NCBI GenBank assembly: GCA_964016885.1
Contig: OZ024745.1
Coordinates: 6,696,001 to 6,760,000 of the forward strand
From: Eledone cirrhosa
Lineage: Eukaryota
Length of the DNA: 64,000 nucleotides
Direction: 5' to 3'
The position numbers were made by a program, and so were the translations under genes. The notes beneath the pieces are model-generated. The model was given only the letters and a program-made list of their open reading frames with translations, made no database searches and was not told where the DNA came from. Below, piece by piece: positions 42,033 to 55,700 of this stretch (position 1 is the stretch's first letter; each line of letters starts with the position of its first letter).

Positions 42033-43568
42033 GCGCCGCCGCCATCATATGTTGTTAGTTTCTTTCCCTCCTCCACCACCACGCCACCGCCATCATATGT
42101 TGTTAGTTTCTTTCCCTCCTCCACCACTACCGCCACCGCCATCATATGTTGTTAGTTTCTTTCCCTCCTCCTCCACCGCCACGCCGCCGCCATCATATGT
42201 TGTTAGTTTCTTTCCCTCCTCCTCCACCACCACGCCACCGCCATCATATGTTGTTAGTTTCTTTCCCTCCTCCACCGCCACGCCGCCGCCATCATATGTT
42301 GTTAGTTTCTTTCCCTCCTCCTCCACCGCCACGCCGCCGCCATCATATGTTGTTAGTTTCTTTCCCTCCTCCACCGCCACGCCGCCGCCATCATATGTTG
42401 TTAGTTTCTTTCCCTCCTCCTCCACCGCCACGCCGCCGCCATCATATGTTGTTAGTTTCTTTCCCTCCTCCACCACTACCGCCACCGCCATCATATGTTG
42501 TTAGTTTCTTTCCCTCCTCCACCGCCACGCCACCGCCATCATATGTTGTTAGTTTCTTTCCCTCCTCCACCGCCACCGCCACCGCCATCATATGTTGTTA
42601 GTTTCTTTCCCTCCTCCACCGCCACCGCCACCGCCATCATATGTTGTTAGTTTCTTTCCCTCCTCCACCGCCACCGCCACCGCCATCATATGTTGTTAGT
42701 TTCTTTCCCTCCACCACCGCCACGCCACCGCCATCATATGTTGATAGTTTCTTTCCGTCCTCCACCACCACGCCACCGCCATCATATGTTGTTAGTTTCT
42801 TTCCCTCCTCCACCACTACCGCCACCGCCATCATATGTTGTTAGTTTCTTTCCCTCCACCACCGCCACGCCACCGCCATCATATGTTGATAGTTTCTTTC
42901 CGTCCTCCACCACCACGCCACCGCCATCATATGTTGTTAGTTTATTTCCCTCCACCACCGCCACCACCACCGCCATCATATGTTGATAGTTAGTTTCTTT
43001 CCCTCCTCCACCGCCACCGCCGCCGCCATCATATGTTGTTAGTTTCTTTCCCTTCTCCACCGCCACCACCACCGCCATCATATGTTGTTAGTTTCTTTCC
43101 CTCCTCCACCACCACGCCACCGCAATCATATGTTGTTAGTTTCTTTCCCTTCTCCACCACCACGCCGCGGCCATCATATGTTGTTAGTTTCTTTCCCTCC
43201 TCCACCGCCACCGCCACCGCCATCATATGTTGTTAGTTTCTTTCCCTCCACCACCGCCACCACCACCGCCATCATATGTTGTTAGTTTCTTTCCCTCCTC
43301 CACCACCACGCCACCGCAATCATATGTTGTTAGTTTCTTTCCCTTCTCCACCACCACGCCACCGCCATCATATGTTGTTAGTTTCTTTCCCTCCTCCACC
43401 GCCACCGCCACCGCCATCATATGTTGTTAGTTTCTTTCCCTCCACCACCGCCACCACCACCGCCATCATATGTTGATAGTTAGTTTCTTTCCCTCCTCCA
43501 CCGCCACCGCCGCCGCCATCATATGTTGATAGTTAGTTTCTTTCCCTCCTCCACCACTACCGCCACCG
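42033..43568. repeat. Minisatellite, 48-51-bp unit CATCATATGTTGTTAGTTTCTTTCCCTCCTCCACC(G/A)CCAC(C)GCC(G/A)CCGC, about 31 copies
   Basis: Units start at 42043, 42091, 42140, 42191 and so on. Each has a constant T-rich half and a variable CCN-triplet half. Confidence 0.97.
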
Positions 43569-43749
43569 TCTCATGTCGGCTGGTTTAACATATTCTTCTG
43601 ATGTGGTTAGTTATAGTTGAAAGCACCACGCTATCTTGAAATTCAATATTGTTGGTGAAAAGGCCACAAGAGACACTTTCTGACGTCTTATATCATTCTG
43701 TATTCTGTGTGGAGTCTAGACTATTTTCGGTCAAGTAACCAGTGCAACT

Positions 43750-46700
43750 TGTACAATATGGCAGCCAGTACTATGGTGGCTGTACAATATGGCAGCCAGT
43801 ACTATGGTGGCTGTACAATATGGCAGCCAGTACTATGGTGGCTGTACAATATGGCAGCCAGTAATATGGTGGCTGTACAATATGGTAGCCAGTACTATGG
43901 TGGCTGTACAATATGGCAGCCAGTACTATGGTGGCTGTACAATATGGCAGCCACTAATATGGTGGCTGTACAATATGACAGCCAGTACTATGGTGGCTGT
44001 ACAATATGGCAGCCAGTAATATGGTGGCTGTACAATATGGCAGCCAGTACTATGGTGGCAGTACAATATGGCAGCCAGTACTATGGTGGCTCTACAATAT
44101 GGCAGCCAGTACTATGGTGGCTGTACAATATGGCAGCCAGTACTATGGTGGCTGTACAATATGGCAGCCAGTACTATGGTGGCTGTACAATATGGCAGCC
44201 AGTACTATGGTGGCTGTACAATATGGCAGCCAGTAATATGGTGGCTGTACAATATGGCAGCCAGTACTATGGTGGCTGTACAATATGGCAGCCAGTACTA
44301 TGGTGGGTCTACAATATGGCAGCCAGTACTATGGTCGCTGTACAATATGGCAGCCAGTACTATGGTGGCTGTACAATATGGCAGCCAGTACTATGGTGGC
44401 TCTACAATATGGCAGCCAGTACTATGGTGGCTGTACAATATTGCAGCTAGTACTATGGTGGCTGTACAATATGGCAGCCAGTTCTATGGTGGCTGTACAA
44501 TATGGCAGCCAGTACTATTGTGGCTCAACAATATGGCAGCCAGTACTATGGTGGCTCTACAATATGGCAGCCAGTACTATGGTGGCTGTACAATATGGCA
44601 GTAGTACTATGGTGGCTGTACAATATGGTAGCCAGTACTATGGTGGCTGTACAATATGGCAGCCAGTACTATGGTGGCTGTACAATATGGCAGCCAGTAC
44701 TATGGTGGCTCTACAATATGGCAGCCAGTACTATGGTGGCTCTACAATATGGCAGCCAGTGCTATGGTGGCTCTACAATATGGCAGCCAGTTCTATCGGA
44801 GCTGTACAATATGGCAGCCAGTACTATGGTGGCTGTACAATATGGTAGCCAGTACTATGGTGGCTGTACAATATGGCAGCCAGTACTATGGTGGCTATAC
44901 GATATGGCAGCCAGTACTATGGTGGCTGTACAATATGGCAGCCAGTACTATGGTGGCTGTACAATATGGCAGCCAGTACTATGGTGGCTGTACAATATGG
45001 CAGCCAGTACTATGGTGGCTGTACAATATAGCAGTCAGTACTATGGTGGCTCTACAATATGGCAGCCAACACTATGGTGGCTGTACAACATTGCAGCCAG
45101 TATTATGGTGGCTGTACAATATGGCAGTCAGTACTATGGTGGCTCTACAATATGGCCGCCAATACTATGGTGGCTGTACAATATGGCAGTCAGTACTATA
45201 GTGGCTGTACAATATGGCAGCCAGTACTATGGTGGCTCTACAATATGGCAGCCAGTACTATGGTGGCTGTACAATATTGCAGCTAGTACTATGGTGGCCG
45301 TACAATATGGCAGCCAGTTCTATGGTGGCTGTACAATATGGCAGCCAGTACTATTGTGGCTCAACAATATGTCAGCCAGTACTATGGTGGCTGTACAATA
45401 TTGCAGCCAGTACTATGGTGGCTGTACAATATGGCAGCCAGTACTATGGTGGCTGTACAATATGGTAGCCAGTACTATGGTGGCTGTACAATATGGCAGC
45501 CAGTACTATGGTGGCTCTACAATATGGCCGCCAGTTCTATGGTGGCTGTACAATATGGCAGCCAGTACTATGGTGGCTCTACAATATGGCAGCCAATACT
45601 ATGGTGGCTGTACAATATGGCAGCCAGTACTATGGTGGCTGTACAATATGGCAGCCAGTGCTAAGGTGGCTCTACAATATGGCAGCCAGTACTATGGTGG
45701 CTGAACAATATGGCAGCCAGTTCTATGGTGGCTCTACAATATGACAGCCAGTACTATGGTGGCTGTACAATATGGCAGCCAGTACTATGGTGGCTCTACA
45801 ATATGGCAGCCAACACTATGGTGGCTGTACAACATTGCAGCCAGTATTATGGTGGCTGTACAATATGGCAGTCAGTACTATGGTGGCTCTACAATATGGC
45901 CGCCAATACTATGGTGGCTGTACAATATGGCAGTCAGTACTATAGTGGCTGTACAATATGGCAGCCAGTACTATGGTGGCTCTACAATATGGCAGCCAGT
46001 ACTATGGTGGCTGTACAATATTGCAGCTAGTACTATGGTGGCCGTACAATATGGCAGCCAGTTCTATGGTGGCTGTACAATATGGCAGCCAGTACTATTG
46101 TGGCTCAACAATATGTCAGCCAGTACTATGGTGGCTGTACAATATTGCAGCCAGTACTATGGTGGCTGTACAATATGGCAGCCAGTACTATGGTGGCTGT
46201 ACAATATGGTAGCCAGTACTATGGTGGCTGTACAATATGGCAGCCAGTACTATGGTGGCTCTACAATATGGCCGCCAGTTCTATGGTGGCTGTACAATAT
46301 GGCAGCCAGTACTATGGTGGCTCTACAATATGGCAGCCAATACTATGGTGGCTGTACAATATGGCAGCCAGTACTATGGTGGCTGTACAATATGGCAGCC
46401 AGTGCTAAGGTGGCTCTACAATATGGCAGCCAGTACTATGGTGGCTGAACAATATGGCAGCCAGTTCTATGGTGGCTCTACAATATGACAGCCAGTACTA
46501 TGGTGGCTGTACAATATGGCAGCCAGTACTATGGTGGCTCTACAATATGGCAGCCAGTACTATTCTGGCTGTACAATATGGTAGCCAGTACTATTCTGGC
46601 TGTACAATATGGAAGCCAGTACTATGGTGGCTGTATAATATGGCAGCCAGTACTATGGTGGCTGTACAGTATGGCATCCAGTACTATGGTGGCTCTACAA

Positions 46701-49700
46701 TATAGCAGCCAGTGCTATAGTGGCTGTACAATATGGCAGCCAGTACTATGGTGACTGTACAATATGGCAGCCAGTACTATGGTGGCTGTACAATATGGCA
46801 GCCAGTACTATGGTGGCTGTACAATATGGCAGCCAGTACTATGGTGGCTCTACAATATGGCAGCCAGTGCTATGGTGGCTCTACTATATGGCAGCCAGTT
46901 CTATGGGGGCTGTACAATATGGCAGCCAGTACTATGGTGGCTGTACAATATAGCAGCCAGTACTATGGTGGCTATACGATATGGCAGCCAGTACTATGGT
47001 GGCTGTACAATATGGCAGCCAGTACTATGGTGGCTGTACAATATGGCAGCCAGTACTATGGTGGCTGTACAATATGGCAGCCAGTACTATAGTGGCTGTA
47101 CAATAGAGCAGTCAGTACTATGGTGGCTCTACAATATGGCAGCCAATACTATGGTGGCTGTACAACATTGCAGCCAGTATTATGGTGGCTGTACAATATG
47201 GCAGTCAGTACTATGGTGGCTCTACAATATGGCAGCAAATACTATGGTGACTGTACAATATGGCAGTTAGTACTATGGTGGCTCTACAATATGGCAGCCA
47301 GTACTATGGTGGCTCTACAATATGGCAGCCAGTACTATGGTGGCTGTACAATATTGCAGCTAGTACTATGGTGGCTGTACAATATGGCAGCCAGTTCTAT
47401 GGTGGCTGTACAATATGGCAGCCAGTACTATTGTGGTTCAACAATATGCCAGCCAGTACTATGGTGGCTCTACAATATGGCAGCCAGTACTATGGTGGCT
47501 GTACAATATGGCAGCCAGTACTATGGTGGCTGTACAATATGGTAGCCAGTACTATGGTGGCTGTACAATATGGCAGCCAGTTCTATGGAGGCTCTACAAT
47601 ATGGCCGCCAGTTCTATGGTGGCTGTATAATATGGCAGCCAGTACTATGGTGGCTCTACAATGTGGCAGCCAATACTATGGAGGCTGTACAATATGGCAG
47701 CCAGTACTATGTTGGCTGTACAATATGGCAGCCAGTGCAAAGGTGGCTCTACAATATGGCAGCCAGTACTATGGTGGCTGTACAATATGGCAGCCAGTTC
47801 TATGGTGGCTCTACAATATGGCAGCCAGTACTATGGTGGCTGTACAATATGGCAGCCAGTACTATGGTGGCTCTACAATATGGCAGCCAGTACTATTCTG
47901 GCTGTAGAATATGGCAGCCAGTACTATTCTGGCTGTACAATATGGAAGCCAGTAGTATGGTGGCTGTATAATATGGCAGCCAGTACTATGGTGGCTGTAC
48001 AGTATGGCAGCCAGTACTATGGTGGCTCTACAATATAGCAGCCAGTGCTATGGTGGCTGTACAATATGGCAGCCAGTACTATGGTGGCTGTACAATATGG
48101 CAGCCAGTACTATGGTGGCTGTATAATATGGCAGCCAGTACTATGGTGGCTGTACAATATGGCAGCCAGTACTATGGTGGCTGTACAATATGGCAGCCAG
48201 TACTATGGTGGCTCTACAATATGGCAGCCAGTGCTATGGTGGCTGTACAATATGGCAGCCAGTACTATGGTGGCTGTACAATATGGCAGCCAGTACTATT
48301 GTGTCTGTACAATATGGCAGCCAGTACTATGGTGGCTGTACAATATGGCAGCCAGTACGATGGTGGCTGTACAATATGGCAGCCAGTACTATGGTGGCTC
48401 TACAATATGGCAGCCAGTACTATGGTGGCTCTACAATATGGCCGCCAGTTCTATGGTGGCTGTACAATATGGCAGCCAGTACTATGGTGGCTCTACAATA
48501 TGGCAGCCAATAATATGGTGGCTGTACAATATGGCAGCCAGTAATATGGTGGCTGTACAATATGGCAGCCAGTGCTAAGGTGGCTCTACAATATGGCAGC
48601 CAGTACTATGGTGGCTGTACAATATGGCAGCCAGTACTATGGTGGCTGTACAATATGGCAGCCAGTACTATGGTGGCTCTACAACATAGCAGCCAGTACT
48701 ATGGTGGCTGTACAATATTGCAGCTAGTACTATGGTGGCTGTACAATATGGCAGCCAGTTCTATGGTGGCTGTACAATATGGCAGCCAGTACTATTGTGG
48801 CTCAACAATATGGCAGCCAGTACTATGGTGGCTGTACAATATGGCAGCCAGTACTATGGTGGCTTTACAATATGGCAGCCAGTACTATGGTGGCTGTACA
48901 ATATGGCAGCCAGTACTATGGTGGCTGTACAATATGGCAGCTAGTACTATGGTGGCTCTAGAATATGGCCGCCAGTTCTATGGTGGCTGTACAATATGGC
49001 AGCCAGTACTATGGTGGCTGTACAATATGGCAGCCAGTACTATGGTGGCTGTACAATATGGCAGCCAGTACTATGGTGGCTGTACAATATGGCAGCCAGT
49101 TCTATGGTGGCTCTACAATATGGCAGCCAGTACTATGGTGGCTGTACAATATGGCAGCCAGTACTATGGTGGCTCTACAATATGGCAGCCAGTACTATTC
49201 TGGCTGTACAATATGGCAGCCAGTACTATTCTGGCTGTACAGTATGGCAGCCAGTACTATGGTGGCTGTACAATATAGCAGCCAGTGCTATGGTGGCTGT
49301 ACAATATGGCAGCCAGTACTATGGTGGCTGTACAATATGGCAGCCAGTACTATGGAGGCTGTATAATATGGCAGCAAGTAGTATGGTGGCTGTACAATAT
49401 GGCAGCCAGTACTATGGTGGCTGTACAATATGGCAGCCAGTACTATGGTGGCTCTACAATATGGCAGCCAGTGCTATGGTGGCTCTACAATATGGCAGCC
49501 AGTTCTATGGGGGCTGTACAATATGGCAGCCAGTACTATGGTGGCTGTACAATATGGCAGCCAGTACTATGGTGGCTATACGATATGGCAGCCAGTACTA
49601 TGGTGGCTGTACAATATGGCAGCCAGTACTATGGTGGCTGTACAATATGGCAGCCAATACTATGGTGGCTGTACAATATGGCAGTCAGTACTATGGTGGC

Positions 49701-52700
49701 TCTACAATATGGCAGCCAGTACTATGGTGGCTCTACAATATGGCAGCTAGTAATATGGTGGCTGTACAATATTGCAGCTAGTACTATGGTGGCTGTACAA
49801 TATGGCAGCCAGTTCTATGGTGGCTGTACAATATGGCAGCCAGTACTATTGTGGCTCAACAATATGGCAGCCAGTACTATGGTGGCTGTACAATATGGCA
49901 GCCAGTACTATGGTGGCTGTACAATATGGCAGCCAGTACTATGGTGGCTGTACAATATGGTAGCCAGTACTATGGTGGCTTTACAATATGGCCGCCAGTT
50001 CTATGGTGGCTGTACAATATGGCAGCCAGTACTATGGTGGCTCTACAATGTGGCAGCCAATACTATGGTGGCTGTACAATATGGCAGCCAGTACTATGGT
50101 GGCTGTACAATATGGCAGCCAGTTCTATGGTGGCTCTACAATATGGCAGCCAGTACTATGGTGGCTGTACAATATGGCAGCCAGTACTATGGTGGCTCTA
50201 CAATATGGAAGCCAGTAGTATGGTGGCTGTATAATATGGCAGCCAGTACTATGGTGGCTCTACAGTATGGCAGCCAGTACTATGGTGGCTCTACAATATG
50301 GCAGCCAGTACTATGGTGGCTGTACAATATGGCAGCCAGTACTATGGTGGCTGTACAATATGGCAGCCAGTACTATGGTGGCTGTACAATATAGCAGGCA
50401 CTAATATGGTGGCTGTACAATATGGCAGCCAGTACTATGGTGGCAGTACAATATGGCAGCCACTAATATGGTGGCTGTACAATATGACAGCCAGTACTAT
50501 GGTGGCTGTACAATATGGCAGCCAGTACTATGGTGGCTGTACAATATGGCAGCCAGTACTATGGTGGCTGTACAATATGGCAGCCAGTACTATGGTGGCT
50601 GTACAATATGGCAGCCAGTAATATGGTGGCTGTACAATATGGCAGCCAGTACTATGGTGGCTGTACAATATGGCAGCCAGTACTATGGTGGGTCTACAAT
50701 ATGGCAGCCAGTACTATGGTCGCTGTACAATATGGCAGCCAGTACTATGGTGGCTGTACAATATGGCAGCCAGTACTATGGTGGCTCTACAATATGGCAG
50801 CCAGTATTATGGTGGCTGTACAATATTGCAGCTAGTACTATGGTGGCTGTACAATATGGCAGCCAGTTCTATGCTGGCTGTACAATATGGCAGCCAGTAC
50901 TATTGTGGCTCAACAATAGGGCAGCCAGTACTATGGTGGCTCTACAATATGGCAGCCAGTACTATGGTGGCTGTACAATATGGCAGTAGTACTATGGTGG
51001 CTGTACAATATGGTAGCCAGTACTATGGTGGCTGTACAATATGGCAGCCAGTACTATGGTGGCTGTACAATATGGCAGCCAGTACTATGGTGGCTCTACA
51101 ATATGGCAGCCAGTACTATGGTGGCTCTACAATATGGCAGCCAGTGCTATGGTGGCTCTACAATATGGCAGCCAGTTCTATGGTGGCTGTACAATATGGC
51201 AGCCAGTACTATGGTGGCTGTACAATATGGCAGCCAGTACTATGGTGGCTGTACAATATAGCAGTCAGTACTATGGTGGCTCTACAATATGGCATCCAAT
51301 ACTATGGTGGCTGTACAACATTGCAGCCAGTATTATGGTGGCTGTACAATATGGCAGTCAGTACTATGGTGGCTCTACAATATGGCCGCCAATACTATGG
51401 TGGCTGTACAATATGGCAGTCAGTACCATAGTGGCTGTACAATATGGCAGCCAGTACTATGGTGGCTCTACAATATGGCAGCCAGTACTATGGTGGCTGT
51501 ACAATATTGCAGCTAGTACTATGGTGGCCGTACAATATGGCAGCCAGTTCTATGGTGGCTGTACAATATGGCAGCCAGTACTATTGTGGCTCAACAATAT
51601 GGCAGCCAGTACTATGGTGGCTGTACAATATGGCAGCCAGTACTATGGTGGCTGTACAATATGGCAGCCAGTACTATGGTGGCTGTACAATATGGTAGCC
51701 AGTACTATGGTGGCTGTACAATATGGCAGCCAGTACTATGGTGGCTCTACAATATGGCCCCCAGTTCTATGGTGGCTGTACAATATGGCAGCCAGTACTA
51801 TGGTGGCTCTACAATATGGCAGCCAATACTATGGTGGCTCTACAATATGGCAGCCAGTACTATGGTGGCTGTACAATATGGCAGCCAGTGCTAAGGTGGC
51901 TCTACAATATGGCAGCCAGTACTATGGTGGCTGTACAATATGGCAGCCAGTTCTATGGTGGCTCTACAATATGACAGCCAGTACTATGGTGGCTGTACAA
52001 TATGGCAGCCAGTACTATGGTGGCTCTACAATATGGCAGCCAGTACTATTCTGGCTGTACAATATGGTAGCCAGTACTATTCTGGCTGTACAATATGGAA
52101 GCCAGTACTATGGTGGCTGTATAATATGGCAGCCAGTACTATGGTGGCTGTACAGTATGGCATCCAGTACTATGGTGGCTCTACAATATAGCAGCCAGTG
52201 CTATGGTGGCTGTACAATATGGCAGCCAGTACTATGGTGACTGTACAATATGGCAGCCAGTACTATGGTGGCTGTACAATATGGCAGCCAGTACTATGGT
52301 GGCTGTACAATATGGCAGCCAGTACTATGGTGGCTCTACAATATGGCAGCCAGTGCTATGGTGGCTCTACTATATGGCAGCCAGTTCTATGGGGGCTGTA
52401 CAATATGGCAGCCAGTACTATGGTGGCTGTACAATATAGCAGCCAGTACTATGGTGGCTATACGATATTGCAGCCAGTACTATGGTGGCTGTACAATATG
52501 GCAGCCAGTACTATGGTGGCTGTACAATATGGCAGCCAGTACTATGGTGGCTGTACAATATGGCAGCCAGTACTATAGTGGCTGTACAATAGAGCAGTCA
52601 GTACTATGGTGGCTCTACAATATGGCAGCCAATACTATGGTGGCTGTACAACATTGCAGCCAGTATTATGGTGGCTGTACAATATGGCAGTCAGTACTAT

Positions 52701-55700
52701 GGTGGCTCTACAATATGGCAGCAAATACTATGGTGACTGTACAATATGGCAGTTAGTACTATGGTGGCTCTACAATATGGCAGCCAGTACTATGGTGGCT
52801 CTACAATATGGCAGCCAGTACTATGGTGGCTGTACAATATTGCAGCTAGTACTATGGTGGCTGTACAATATGGCAGCCAGTTCTATGGTGGCTGTACAAT
52901 ATGGCAGCCAGTACTATTGTGGTTCAACAATATGCCAGCCAGTACTATGGTGGCTCTACAATATGGCAGCCAGTACTATGGTGGCTGTACAATATGGCAG
53001 CCAGTACTATGGTGGCTGTACAATATGGTAGCCAGTACTATGGTGGCTGTACAATATGGCAGCCAGTTCTATGGTGGCTCTACAATATGGCCGCCAGTTC
53101 TATGGTGGCTGTACAATATGGCAGCCAGTACTATGGTGGCTCTACAATGTGGCAGCCAATACTATGGAGGCTGTACAATATGGCAGCCAGTACTATGGTG
53201 GCTGTACAATATGGCAGCCAGTGCAAAGGTGGCTCTACAATATGGCAGCCAGTACTATGGTGGCTGTACAATATGGCAGCCAGTTCTATGGTGGCTCTAC
53301 AATATGGCAGCCAGTACTATGGTGGCTGTACAATATGGCAGCCAGTACTATGGTGGCTCTACAATATGGCAGCCAGTACTATTCTGGCTGTAGAATATGG
53401 CAGCCAGTACTATTCTGGCTGTACAATATGGAAGCCAGTAGTATGGTGGCTGTATAATATGGCAGCCAGTACTATGGTGGCTGTACAGTATGGCAGCCAG
53501 TACTATGGTGGCTCTACAATATAGCAGCCAGTGCTATGGTGGCTGTACAATATGGCAGCCAGTACTATGGTGGCTGTACAATATGGCAGCCAGTACTATG
53601 GTGGCTGTATAATATGGCAGCCAGTACTATGGTGGCTGTACAATATGGCAGCCAGTACTATGGTGGCTGTACAATATGGCAGCCAGTACTATGGTGGCTC
53701 TACAATATGGCAGCCAGTGCTATGGTGGCTGTACAATATGGCAGCCAGTACTATGGTGGCTGTACAATATGGCAGCCAGTACTATTGTGTCTGTACAATA
53801 TGGCAGCCAGTACTATGGTGGCTGTACAATATGGCAGCCAGTACGATGGTGGCTGTACAATATGGCAGCCAGTACTATGGTGGCTCTACAATATGGCAGC
53901 CAGTACTATGGTGGCTCTACAATATGGCCGCCAGTTCTATGGTGGCTGTACAATATGGCAGCCAGTACTATGGTGGCTCTACAATATGGCAGCCAATAAT
54001 ATGGTGGCTGTACAATATGGCAGCCAGTAATATGGTGGCTGTACAATATGGCAGCCAGTGCTAAGGTGGCTCTACAATATGGCAGCCAGTACTATGGTGG
54101 CTGTACAATATGGCAGCCAGTACTATGGTGGCTGTACAATATGGCAGCCAGTACTATGGTGGCTCTACAACATAGCAGCCAGTACTATGGTGGCTGTACA
54201 ATATTGCAGCTAGTACTATGGTGGCTGTACAATATGGCAGCCAGTTCTATGGTGGCTGTACAATATGGCAGCCAGTACTATTGTGGCTCAACAATATGGC
54301 AGCCAGTACTATGGTGGCTGTACAATATGGCAGCCAGTACTATGGTGGCTTTACAATATGGCAGCCAGTACTATGGTGGCTGTACAATATGGCAGCCAGT
54401 ACTATGGTGGCTGTACAATATGGCAGCTAGTACTATGGTGGCTCTAGAATATGGCCGCCAGTTCTATGGTGGCTGTACAATATGGCAGCCAGTACTATGG
54501 TGGCTGTACAATATGGCAGCCAGTACTATGGTGGCTGTACAATATGGCAGCCAGTACTATGGTGGCTGTACAATATGGCAGCCAGTCCTATGGTGGCTCT
54601 ACAATATGGCAGCCAGTACTATGGTGGCTGTACAATATGGCAGCCAGTACTATGGTGGCTCTACAATATGGCAGCCAGTACTATTCTGGCTGTACAATAT
54701 GGCAGCCAGTACTATTCTGGCTGTACAGTATGGCAGCCAGTACTATGGTGGCTCTACAATATAGCAGCCAGTGCTATGGTGGCTGTACAATATGGCAGCC
54801 AGTACTATGGTGGCTGTACAATATGGCAGCCAGTACTATGGGGGCTGTATAATATGGCAGCAAGTAGTATGGTGGCTGTACAATATGGCAGCCAGTACTA
54901 TGGTGGCTGTACAATATGGCAGCCAGTACTATGGTGGCTCTACAATATGGCAGCCAGTGCTATGGTGGCTCTACAATATGGCAGCCAGTTCTATGGGGGC
55001 TGTACAATATGGCAGCCAGTACTATGGTGGCTGTACAATATGGCAGCCAGTACTATGGTGGCTATACGATATGGCAGCCAGTACTATGGTGGCTGTACAA
55101 TATGGCAGCCAGTACTATGGTGGCTGTACAATATGGCAGCCAATACTATGGTGGCTGTACAATATGGCAGTCAGTACTATGGTGGCTCTACAATATGGCA
55201 GCCAGTACTATGGTGGCTCTACAATATGGCAGCTAGTACTATGGTGGCTGTACAATATTGCAGCTAGTACTATGGTGGCTGTACAATATGGCAGCCAGTT
55301 CTATGGTGGCTGTACAATATGGCAGCCAGTACTATTGTGGCTCAACAATATAGCAGCCAGTACTATGGTGGCTCTACAATATGGCAGCCAGTACTATGGT
55401 GGCTGTACAATATGGCAGCCAGTACTATGGTGGCTGTACAATATGGTAGCCAGTACTATGGTGGCTTTACAATATGGCCGCCAGTTCTATGGTGGCTGTA
55501 CAATATGGCAGCCAGTACTATGGTGGCTCTACAATGTGGCAGCCAATACTACGGTGGCTGTACAATATGGCAGCCAGTACTATGGTGGCTGTACAATATG
55601 GCAGCCAGTTCTATGGTGGCTCTACAATATGGCAGCCAGTACTATGGTGGCTGTACAATATGGCAGCCAGTACTATGGTGGCTCTACAATATGGAAGCCA

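Noticed and set aside
41899-43476. Extensin-like Pro/Ser-rich ORFs
   Set aside because: Translation of the 48-51-bp minisatellite. The 49-bp units shift the frame repeatedly.
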